Shown here: one piece after another, positions 1 to 10,468 of the stretch
Numbering within the stretch: the stretch's first letter is position 1
Layout: every line of letters starts with the position of its first letter
NCBI RefSeq assembly: GCF_964204645.1
Contig: NC_134025.1
Coordinates: 23,044,299-23,108,298, forward strand
Direction of reading: 5' to 3'
Origin: Tubulanus polymorphus
Lineage: Eukaryota > Animalia > Nemertea
DNA: 64,000 bases
Program-made: the position numbers and the translations under genes
The notes under the pieces: generated by a model
Seen by the model: only the letters and a program-made list of their open reading frames with translations
Told to the model about the DNA's origin: nothing
Database searches by the model: none

Positions 1-62
1 AGCATGAATAGATATTGCACTACATTTAACTAATTCATTTCAAATTGTAGCTCAATATTTAC

Positions 63-264
63 CATCAATGTTCGAATTACTGTCACGCTTCTTTTTACTT
101 GGGTTCTCAGCAATTTTAGGCAGAGGTTGGTGGTTTTTTCTTACACTGACAGTACTTGTTTTTAATACTGCAGATTCTGTTTCACATTTTGTTGCTGTTG
201 GTGTGACTTGATTATTTGATTTGGTGGCATGAACCCCAGAATCTGTTGAGGGTCCACAGCCCAT
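63..264 (-). CDS. First coding exon of a gene continuing off the left edge; N-terminus MGCGPS (predicted myristoylation plus palmitoylation); product unknown
   Basis: Minus-strand acceptor tttcag at 290-295. ATG at 264 gives MGCGPSTDSG...NSNID, ending at a phase-1 donor G|GTAAAT at 63/62. A possible upstream non-coding exon donor (AG|GTTAGT) lies near 448. Confidence 0.6.
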
Positions 265-571
265 GTCTGATGAAGTGTGTTGATTGAGTCTGAAATCATA
301 TAGATATAGCCATAAGAAAAATATAGACCTTTCATTCGGTGGTGAAAAAAGAAAAGCCGTCACTTTTTGATTGACATTTTTAGTTTTTACTACATATATG
401 TTACGTTTATAGCTCAGAAAATACGTTAAAACGTAATAACTAACTAACCTAAGATTAAAATGACTCTACCCTCTCTCTGTATCCCACAAAGAACTTGAAA
501 GTTTGGTATAGATGATATTATCGGCTAAAAAGATTCATCATTAATGATTTAGCCTATTTACTTCCGCATTC

Positions 572-594
572 TGACGTCATATTGCCTGGAAACC
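572..594. promoter_or_regulatory. CRE (TGACGTCA) next to an X-box-like motif (ATTGCCTGGAAAC) in the putative promoter of the left-edge gene
   Basis: Motifs read directly from the sequence; function is inferred. Confidence 0.35.
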
Positions 595-1090
595 GATAAA
601 CTATCAATCGCAACTGTTCGGGAACTTCCGTGATAATCAGGGAGCATAGTGTTTTTATGAACAGCCAAGTTCGCGACATTTTAAGGGACTCGAACCCGCA
701 TAATGCGGGGTTGTGCGCGGGCTCGCTGTGGTGGGTTCGTACATATAAACTTCAGTTTGTAGGGCGGACACCATATCGGACAGTTCCTAATTCTAAGATT
801 TAAAAAAACTTCAATGAATTGAAAAATCACGTACACCAGGTGTCACATATTTGGCGTTATTAGGCAGAAAAAAAAATCCGTACGAATCACCTGACTTGTC
901 TTGGAAACCAATTTAGCTAAGGCTATAGGGAGTTTTCAATATTTATTTAGTGCACATCACTTTGTGTTAGGAATGTCCGTGCTGATTGTTCTCCTTTAGA
1001 AACTATTAAGCATACTAAATGCAGCCAGATTCCAAATTATTTGAAAAAAAACTGATTAGACCATCGTCATGATCATGCTGCTTCGCAATA

Positions 1091-1257
1091 CAATGGAACC
1101 TAGTCGTTATACGGAACTCGGATACAATGATTCATCGGGTAACAAATATGGAATTTCGTCTAAGAAAATTTAATCAAATTTTCCTACTGGATATATAACG
1201 AACGGTAACAACGAGCATATGTTCTGGTCCCATGAGTCGTTGTAACGAGGTTACTGT
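1091..1257. mobile_element. Degenerate Tc1/mariner (pogo-like) MITE
   Basis: Ends tacaatggaacc...cgtta and taacgaggttactgt are imperfect TIRs, similar to the elements at 3257, 9286 and 45319. Confidence 0.5.
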
Positions 1258-1389
1258 TTCGCTGCAACTTACAGGCCAATGATTCTTTTGGAGGGTGGCG
1301 AACCCTTGACATTAGTCATAGGAGAGACGGTGTAAATTGAAGAAGTCCCACAGTTCAAATTTAATATGAAATAATCTATTAGAACGAAA

Positions 1390-1431
1390 CCACGACGTTT
1401 CGGCTGTTGACTAACAACCATCATCAGGTGG
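1390..1431 (-). ncRNA. Minimal type I hammerhead ribozyme motif in a Penelope-like retroelement remnant (~1330-1560)
   Basis: Minus strand reads CCAC-CUGAUGA-U-GGUUGUU-AGUC-AACAGCC-GAAA-CG-UC-GUGG. It has stem I, the conserved core, a 7-bp stem II, palindromic ACGU in place of helix III, and a GUC cleavage triplet. Confidence 0.7.
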
Positions 1432-1937
1432 AATGACCAGAAAACAGAAGTAACGTTGCATACAAACTTACAGGACATTAGCGAAAGCGAAGTGTCCATA
1501 ATAAATCTAAACAGAACAAGTGACAAATCAAAACAACCAGGGGTACCGTAGAAACCACCAAATTCTATGAACAGTTAGGATGAATACAAATTAAAGAGAC
1601 AATGTATTTTATATTTTGAATTATACACTATCAATTTAATCATTTCCCAAAATCACTTATGTATCATGTGAAAAATCGATCCACATGGGATTTACTTTTT
1701 TTTCAGGGATTCAATTGTCGGAAGAAGTGATATTTAGTGTTCTGAGTACTCTTCATTTAATTCTGACTATTAATCTAAATGTTCATGGCAATATATTCTG
1801 TAACTCGTTAAATGGGGTATGATTATATATTTGATCACTTTTGACATGTTTAGGGGCTGGAATTAAATGGATATACGATCTAACTGAAGATTTATTTATT
1901 CAAATGTGCCGTTGGTGATATATGAGGCGCGCATGAA

Positions 1938-1956
1938 TTGCGTAACCATTACGTCA
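1938..1956. promoter_or_regulatory. Paired bZIP sites (TTGCGTAA, TTACGTCA) upstream of the giant-like gene; TATAAA motifs near 2019 and 2149
   Basis: Motifs read directly. A candidate non-coding first-exon donor GAG|GTAGGT lies near 2252. Confidence 0.4.
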
Positions 1957-2594
1957 CATATCACAATACGGTTCGATACTCGTTTTGCGGATTATAATTG
2001 AGTTCAAAGGAAGTGCACTATAAACTGACCAATGAACAAGCGGGCACATCCTGACTATTTGGGGTGGCTTCTCTTTACGTTCACAGATAGCTAATGCTAT
2101 TGTCCCCAGCCAGTGGTCATTAAATCCTGTCTCTTCATAGTTCACATTCTATAAACAGAAACTACATCAAGATTACTTCACATTTAGGAATCTATGTGTT
2201 ACATTTCGCACAGCGAGAACTTCCAACAGAAAGTGTCAAAAGTACTTGGAGGTAGGTTTACAAACATTTCTAGTGATTAACATTCGAGTTTGACCTCGAA
2301 CTTGTCCGTATATTCAAAATTGATAGACAAAATTCAATATAAGTCATTAGCTATCTTATCTTAAGCAAACCGCCAAATGTGAATTACTGTAGATTTATAC
2401 AACGTGAGCTTTATAGGCCAAAACTGGCCGGTTGGAAATATTCATATTATGTATTATTTGATGACAATTAACAATGAGGTGATGTGCACACATCCAAATA
2501 GCACAATAAACTAAAATAATGATATTGTGAGTCTTCATGAATTCTTGACGCAAAATCTGGAATGGTAATTTCTAACATCTTCCTAATTTTTCAG

Positions 2595-3200
2595 ATGGAT
2601 GGAGTTTTGGATTTATCGTCGAAGGGCACAAACGATGTTTCGACCACTGAGAACTCTACTGATCGGGCTGTAAGCTTGGTAAAGCCTGTTGCCGGCCCAG
2701 TTCCCGTCAGTCACTTCGGAGTAGCCGATCATCAATTCTACGCAAGTCGTATGGCCAAAATTCCGTCACATCAACGTCCGTTTAAACTTTATCCGTTTCG
2801 CCCGGAAATCTTGGCGACACAAATGCAATATCTGGATTTTACGACAAAACAACACAACTCGGGCAATACTCCGTCGCGCAAAAGACGATGCACGGACGAA
2901 GTTGATGACGAGGAGAGAACGCCATCTGAAAATCGAAATTCCCCTATCCTCGATTCGGAAGATAGAATTGATTCAAAAGACGTCGCTTACTTGAATCGTC
3001 GCCGAAAAAATAACGAAGCCGCGAAACGGTCACGTGATATGCGACGCGCAAAAGAGGAGCAGACGAAAAATCGAGTGGCGTATCTGGAGCATGAAAATCT
3101 CAAACTACAAACGCAGGTTTCGCTGCTGAAAACCGAAAATTCTAAACTACATTATATGTTATTTACCAATAGCAACAAAGCGCATAAAGAACAATCTTAG
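2595..3200 (+). CDS. gt: Giant-like PAR-family bZIP transcription factor (201 aa)
   Basis: ATG directly follows the acceptor ttttttcag. The protein has VLDLS (CtBP-binding-like), RPFKLYP (compare giant RPFKAYP), the basic region YLNRRRKNNEAAKRSRDMRRAKE and a leucine zipper. Confidence 0.85.
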   Translation: MDGVLDLSSKGTNDVSTTENSTDRAVSLVKPVAGPVPVSHFGVADHQFYASRMAKIPSHQRPFKLYPFRPEILATQMQYLDFTTKQHNSGNTPSRKRRCTDEVDDEERTPSENRNSPILDSEDRIDSKDVAYLNRRRKNNEAAKRSRDMRRAKEEQTKNRVAYLEHENLKLQTQVSLLKTENSKLHYMLFTNSNKAHKEQS

Positions 3201-3256
3201 TGGGCGAAGTGAATGGATTCTAGAACACGAATTACGATAGTCAAGGAAAACGATTA

Positions 3257-3432
3257 CAGTTGAACCTCGTTAATACTTTTCTGTTTAAAAGACGAAACCT
3301 GTTTATTATGATGATTTCCAGCCTGTCCAAGCTACGATATTCGATATAAATCTAACTTTGGATAAATCGGAACACGCGTTAATACGAAAATTTCACCTTT
3401 TCCACAGGATTAGTATTAACGAAGTTCCACTG
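3257..3432. mobile_element. Tc1/mariner-type MITE in the giant-like 3' UTR
   Basis: TIRs cagttgaacctcgttaatac / gtattaacgaagttccactg, with TA on the left flank. Confidence 0.65.
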
Positions 3433-4504
3433 ATTATTTATATCCGTACTATATGTATAACTATAACAAACTATAGTTGAATGTATTTGAATTATTCTAC
3501 CTTACAGTTTTTGACAATTTTGATAAGATATGAAAAACACTCTGTATCCTGATATTGACTGTGCTAACGAAGACTGGTTGAATAATGTATATAAATTGTG
3601 CTAATGTGTGCCCCGAGGCTACGTGTTTGCCAGTAAACTATATATGCGTTAACTATTATCATACGAGGCGTCGAAAGGCTGTATCGTTATTACATCACTG
3701 TCTTAGTGATAATCGTTTAATCTAGTTACTGACTATAAATGCGATAACAAACGCCGCTTCATTTGCATTTATCAGATGAATAAATGCTAAATAAACGAAA
3801 AACGCCCGGAATTCGGGATTTGAGAGGGGGAGAAAGTATTGCCCCTTATAAGTAATTATGTATATACGAATATATGTGTTTATTTTTTTTTTACGAAATG
3901 CAATATGTGCTGATGAAATGTATAAATCTTATACAATTATAAGATGTAATTATGAGACTGATAGAAATTGTATCTTCTGAAAAAAATTGATCTGATGTTT
4001 ATCTGCAAATAAATACGACAACGTTTTATTTTGAAATATATACGCATTAACGTTTCTTTGGTGCTTGTATCTAAAGGCGCGCTACTATCGATCGGAGTCT
4101 TTACCGAGTCTATTTTAAATCCCCGACAACGAAGAACGAAATAATTTGAGAAATGCCCGAGCAATAGGAATTTTAATTGAAAGCATTGGCTGTATTTATG
4201 GCAAGCGTGCGAAGCGCACTCGCCGCATGAACCAAACACTGACCGTTGAAGATTACGTAATGCATTCGCGCCATTAAATACGTGGCACTCTAAAAGTGCA
4301 CTATCTGAATTGGATGATGAATAGCGTGAGAAATATGATTACGTCACTGGACATAAAAGTTTTATAGTAACGTATCCTTTGGTTTGGGCATCAGCTGGAT
4401 CAAGGATCAGAGCGTTAATAAGTGGAATTGACGGAAATGAAATATAGCTTGTGTCATCCAGTTTATTTTTGTTTATAGAGAGAGGATTCCTGGTCGTTGA
4501 TATC

Positions 4505-4729
4505 ATCACGAGATAATAAGTTTAAACCCCACTATATATGCAGATTAATACAGTCCTGGCGATGATCTCTAGTGATGAGAGTTCGAAACGTCGTGTATTT
4601 TGATTTTGATTCTTGATAAATACAATTTTTTCTAAATCGTTTTATTCTCTTAAATTCTGTATATAGAGGGTTTTAAACTTATTATCTGTTCTCCACCTCA
4701 GAGTGTGGCTATTCTACAATCACGAGATA
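4505..4729 (+). mobile_element. Penelope-like remnant with inverted pseudo-LTR ends and a degenerate hammerhead core
   Basis: 11-bp direct repeat atcacgagata at 4505 and 4719. Inverted repeat agataataagtttaaacccc-ctatata / tatatagagggttttaaacttattatct. Core CTGGCGA...TCTC/GAGA...CGAAACGTC at ~4556-4592. Confidence 0.6.
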
Positions 4730-6287
4730 TAGAGGGGACCTCCATAGCCTATCGAAATCTTTATGCTAGACTGTGAACATCAAATCGGCCTAGACGAGTA
4801 CTTTTGATTTTTCTCAGACAACACCCATTTGCATTGCGAACGTTGATTTTATCACTTAATGTACAACAGCCATGTTGCAAAATCTACGGTCTTTCTTACC
4901 AATTTAGAATTCCTGGTGGTCTCTAATTTAAGCGACCATGCTTTTCTTTAATTAGTAAGGGAAAATAAACCTGACGGAAATTCGTGTCATTTTGCGGCTC
5001 TGTCTACTTACTGATTTATATCTAATGGTCTAGATGATTTAGTCGAGGAAATTTGTTTTGTTCGAATTTTGATTTCCGAAACTACTTGCATAATATCACG
5101 AAGATGCGACGAGGGCATTGTATACTATAATACGGATGAGTGGTAATTCTAAACGAAGGAATACTAATCATATATGCGAAATGACAATACGATTTTGATA
5201 AGACGTTTGACCCGGATCGGAAGACTGAAGGTTCTTTTGTATCGCGAACGACTTGACCATTCTAAGGCGATGATGACATCAACTTATTCAATGGCGAGTA
5301 AGAACACCGGGTCAATTCATTAGTACTATATGGAAATAGAATTAGCGCGTTAGAAACTAAGACGGAGATGCGCTGCAGATGTTTGTTTGATTATTATCTA
5401 CGGGACGCCGGAGGCAGGCCGGTCATATTCAGCATGCGGGCGAGCCGATCAAAACATTCCGGAGCTACGTAACTAAACTACCTATTGATTTTACGGCACA
5501 TAAAGTCAAAATCGAATAGTTGCCGGTGGATTTGAAATGCTGATTTTAAGTGATCCACCGTGCGTTCCATAATTGCATCAAACCCAGACTCTTTACCCGG
5601 GGGGGGGGGGGGGGGGTGAGTGTTCCGTAATTTTGTGTTAAATGAATTTTGTAGACTTTATTTTTCTATCACTGGTATTGTTCCTGCAAGTCCGGCATTG
5701 ATTCACTTGGTTTTTACTATATATTGATATTCAATTAGAAAAAATGAAGAAGGCAAATGAAGAACTGCGGGGCTCCCAATTGCTGGTTGAGCCAGCAAAT
5801 CAATTGCTGGTTCAGCCAGCAAATGAGTTTTACCACTAATGAAACCCCCCAAAAAGAGAGGCTTTGTACGGGCCTGAAATCATCTTCTTTGGATACTTGG
5901 ATAATGCATCTCTGATCAGGTACATTAAAATGCTCACAGTTAAATTCCATCACTTTCCAAAACTCTCTCGTTGATGTCGTCAGTCGCTTTTAGACGTCTC
6001 ACCAAACATTTTAGTGTCTGATGTTGTTGGGTACACTAGAGGCGCGTAGGATCGTAGAGTGACAAATCCGTGGACCACTGACGGCTTAGTCCATCAGGGT
6101 ATTAGGCATTATTTCGCAAACGCAACCCGAATGAAATGGCGCGGGACGCTGGAAACTACCAGTACAGTCAGGTTTTAACTGTTATATATAAATCATTTCT
6201 GGATGAATGAATTTACAAATTTTTCGTTCCAGTGAAACAAAAAATACCCTGCTGGGCGGCCTTTTATAAGCGAAAAACATCCTTATT

Positions 6288-6382
6288 AGTTAGTTACCGG
6301 TACCTAATCGTTGGTGGTAAGCTTTTATAATCGGATAGGCGTTTGCGAAAATATTTGATCGTGAAACTTAACCACAGCAGGT
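6288..6382 (+). repeat. Short dispersed repeat, with further copies at 49946-50058 and (inverted) 51720-51862
   Basis: Shared sequence cctaatcgttggtggtaagcttttataatcggat...gatcgtgaaact-aaccacag. Confidence 0.75.
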
Positions 6383-6537
6383 GATTATATGCTACATTCT
6401 TATAAACGTAGCAACAAAGAAACCCGGCGCGGCCGGACCGAAGTACGCGAGGCGCCTATTTATTGGTTCATTGCAGTTGTTAGCATACGCGGAACTCAGT
6501 CATTCAGTTCATTGCGGTAGTTAATGCGTTCGGCGTC

Positions 6538-8683
6538 ATGTCTCGACCATTCGACTCCGTATATTTGCTCTTTTTAGCGCTCTTTTTGTTTCTAACGCTA
6601 GCTTTTGCTGCTGAAATAAGAGATGAAGAGGCTACGCCGACAGTAGATGACCAATCTCTTCAATACGCTAAAGGATCGGCATGTAATTACTGCGATTACT
6701 GCAAGGTTAGCTATCTACAAATAGTCTGTTTGTACTACTTTCGTTTTTTTTTTGTATAACAAGCACGGGCTTGTCATTAAATGCTCTGCCATAATATGTT
6801 TTACAATTATGCCCTAATTGAAAACGAAAGCATATTGTACTCTTCCTTGATGTTAATACATATTCAGACACTGCTGATAACTAATCAATAAATACCTTAT
6901 GCAGAAATATTTGAATTGAATAAGAACAGAAGATGTTGAAACTACAGATAGAGGAGTGTTTTTGAACTGGCTCGGCATACGGAGTTGCAGTGCTTTATAG
7001 ATGTTATTTTGGAATATCAATAATTTTTTAAAACGGTCACGACAAATATCAACTGGAGGCCCTCACTGTTTTTCAAACCTAATTTCTAAATGGCAAATGC
7101 TGTTTTATTTTTCAGTTCTGCAAGTTATGTGATAAAGATTGTCCATGTGAAACAAGTCCCCAAAGACCTAATTGTAAAATGTGTAAAGTAAGTAGCTGTT
7201 AACCATAACAATAGGCATGGAGGGCCAAATAGAATTTCATTTAAAAAAACTAAGGACGAACAATAAAGACCTAAATTCATTGCTTATTCAAACTAGATAT
7301 TATGTTACGAATGAATTTCATTTTATTAAGAAATATCTATCATCTAATCTATCATTGATTTCAGTATTGCAAGTTTTGTTATCTTTGTAAAATATGTGAT
7401 ACAATCTGTCAGCCTGGTGGACTAGTGGATCGTGTTACCGCCAAAATTGTCAAGTAAGTTTTTCACAAAAATGAACTTGTGTATCCGAATTTTCCCTTGT
7501 ATAGATCTTAGTTTCGTTATTTCTTCACTGCTGCCATAGATATTGCTAATGTCTATTTCAACCTGACTTGAGAACATTCCGGGTGGCCTAGCTCGCTCAT
7601 TTTTGGTAGTACATTCCTGATAAAGGCCTTAATGGGACCAGAAAGGACAGGCAGTCGACCTAAATCATCACTTTTTAATCTATCTGAAACTGTATTGAAG
7701 GATATCCAAAAAGTCTTCACTGAAAGGGGTTAAATGAAGAGAAGTGACTCCATGATTTGAAAGTTTAACAAAATGTTTCCATGCCTATGTACCAAACTTC
7801 AGTTGGTAGGCATGGAGACATATTGATAAACTTTCAAATCATGGAGTCTCTTTTCTCTCAGAAACCCCTCTCAATGCAGACTTTTTGGTTATCCTTCAAT
7901 ACAGCTTAAAGTTGATTAAAAAACGATATTTTAGGTCAGCTGCCAATGCATTCTGGCCCTAATAAGACTTTTATCAGGTATGTACTACCAAAACTGACTG
8001 AGCTAGGCCACCCGGAATGCTCTCAAGTCAGGTTGAAATAGACATGGTTACATTAGGATTCGAATCCCATAAGCTAAGGATAAACTAGACACGCAAGATG
8101 TCAAAATTCCATACACAAATTTAACATCTTCATGTTTGGAATTCTCAGGGATATGGAAAATGAACGTGACAGATCCGCACGTTCACTTATATCCAAGTAT
8201 GTCTGGATCAATTTCGCGGGCTAAAAGGTTGTGAATTTGAGAGCCCGCCTTGCAAATCTTATATCATGATGAAAGCCCGGTGTGGTAGCAATGACATAAC
8301 ACAAACTTCTAATACAGGGTACAGGAAAATCAACTGGAAATTAGTTGTTTTGTAACAACGATAAATGTGGATTTTCCCTTGGATTTTCTGAGGGTTAATA
8401 GACACTACATAGTGAAATTATTGAGTGCTAATTAGTTAACTGGGAAAGGGATATGGTTTGGGATGTTGAGCAACTTTGATCAAATCAACTTCGAGTCTTC
8501 TGCACATCTTGAAGACACTAGTTTGATTCGTAAGCTCATTCTGGTAGTTATGGGTAAAATCAAGTATCTTTCACAAATTCTTGTATTTCTACTTTCAGCG
8601 CCTTGCCAACATATAACAAAGACGAAGTGGATAAAGACATCGACTCCGTTCGTTACTGGATCAACAAGAAAGACGAATTATAA
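6538..8683 (+). CDS. HRC: ER/SR-luminal Cys-rich protein resembling the C-terminal domain of histidine-rich calcium-binding protein; 137 aa; exons 6538-6705, 7116-7187, 7365-7453, 8599-8683
   Basis: All junctions are GT-AG and phase-compatible. There is a hydrophobic signal peptide. GSACNYCDYCKFCKLCDKDCPC...CKMCKYCKFCYLCKICDTICQPGGLVD parallels vertebrate HRC (GSLCGYCSFC...CQFCYLCPLVCETVCAPGSYVD, recalled). The protein ends KKDEL-stop. Confidence 0.85.
7549..8045. mobile_element. Foldback MITE, nearly fully palindromic, in intron 3 of the HRC-like gene
   Basis: atgtctatttcaacctgacttgag... is mirrored by ...ctcaagtcaggttgaaatagacat over about 240 bp per arm. A shorter copy is at 27337-27631. 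Confidence 0.85.
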
Positions 8684-9285
8684 CCTGAACTGAACACATA
8701 ATTCATAGTCATTCCACTTCACACAGCGCGCGAACAAGTTTTACCAAATATGGTATCAGCACCATCACATTGGCAAGCGAGCAGCTGCCAGGTTCACTAT
8801 TGTATACATCCGTTAATCGCTTTTCAACTTCCCATATTAGTGAATCAATTTTCAGTAAAAGATATACCAAACATCAGATAGAAAAGTGGATCTTTTGTCT
8901 TGTTGGAGATTTAGATTTGGGAGCATAAAAATTCAGTCCAAAGTAATTGAAATTGATTTATTTAGACTTGAAACTAATCAGTCACGCCTTCTGGTGTGTG
9001 TGTGTGCCGGTACCTCGGAGAGATTAGATATTTAGATTGGTATGTAGATATTTATTTCATAACCCACCGATTCGATAAAATGGAATGTTGATATGGATTA
9101 TCAAACATTTATGGTAACCGTGGACCTGGGTAATTTTGACGGGAAGATTAACTTAAAATGAATGTAACTTCATGTTTTTGGTCACAATCATTAGCGAAGA
9201 TACAGCCTCTAATGTAAGATATTCATGTTCTCATTTCTGAATGTTATATCCTGTCATATCAGTTGAATCACACTTGCATCATCTA

Positions 9286-9413
9286 CAGTAAACTCCGCTT
9301 ACCTCAGATCTCGAGGGACCATGAAATGTTCTGCGGGATAGCCGGATATGGCTATCAGTCTTATTGGTATATCTATCCGAGGCAATCAGTACTGAGATAG
9401 GCAAAGATTACTG
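9286..9413. mobile_element. TA-flanked CAGTA-TIR MITE in the HRC-like 3' UTR
   Basis: ta|cagtaaactccgcttacctc ... gagataggcaaagattactg|ta. Confidence 0.55.
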
Positions 9414-10218
9414 TATTTATTTCTACGATTATCAATCCTAAATCATTGTTCGTTAAGGAAATTTTAAGTGTCAACTGTTAGGTACAATTCTGGATAGCCA
9501 TAGACAGTGGATAACTGAAGCTTATCAAGAAATAAGTGACGTGTTCAGCTGTGATGTATTGTCTCATGTTCATTAGTCTTAGATTCTACACAAAAATAAT
9601 GCGTTTTCTTACAGTTATTCCTCCTCAGTAATCAGTTTCACAGCGTTGTACAGTATATTTATATATACATGTTTATGAATGATATGTAATTTATTTTAAT
9701 TTATAAATGAAATTTACTGAATATATTCTAATTATTGAAAATCATGCATCTGTAATCTATTATTGCTGTTATGAATAGTATACCTTTGATTGGTCAGTTC
9801 TGGAAAATGCAACTTAATTCACATGTGTGTGTAAATGTACCGGTTCATGGCGTTTGAAAGTAGCAGGATTCGTATGTTGTTTTATATTGTACAACTGAAA
9901 CTGTGCATCTCAATAAATTTTTTACAATTTCCACTAGTAATTGGCATGTGTTGTGTAATGTTCCTGTTTGTTTATCCAAGTGGAGGATCAATTTTTGTTG
10001 TGTGAAGACTGCTTACTACTTGTTAGCCTACTTAGGACTTGTTCAGCAGGCTTGGGATTGGGGTTACCAATGCATAGGACTGATATAAGATGCAGCCGAG
10101 CTGAGGCAGCCTTTCATGTTTCGGGCAACAGTATAACCCTCAACTTAAAAAGAATGGACAAATGAATTAATGGAGATAGACATCCGCTAACTAAACCAGA
10201 CTTGCCCGATACCATTGG

Positions 10219-10468
10219 CAGGTGCGGATCCAGAGGGGGTTTCAGGGGTCGTGACCTCCCTGCTCAGCTACCAAGAAAAATTTTAATTGTTTTCTTGAAG
10301 GAACGTACACGAGACAAAGCGGGCAAACAGTGCTACATAATCGGTACCATATCTTATTTTTGGCCAAACATTATGCCGTATAGGCCCCCTATCAGAGATT
10401 TTAGTCGGTAGTTTAACATAAACATTCTTTATGAACCCCTCCTGGAAAAAGTCCTGGAGCCGCGCCTG
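10219..10468. mobile_element. hAT-like MITE
   Basis: TIRs caggtgcggatccag / ctggagccgcgcctg; no clear TSD. Confidence 0.55.

Noticed and set aside
5599-5616. Poly-G run (also ~22304-22324)
   Set aside because: Could form a G-quadruplex, but it is a simple homopolymer with no supporting context.
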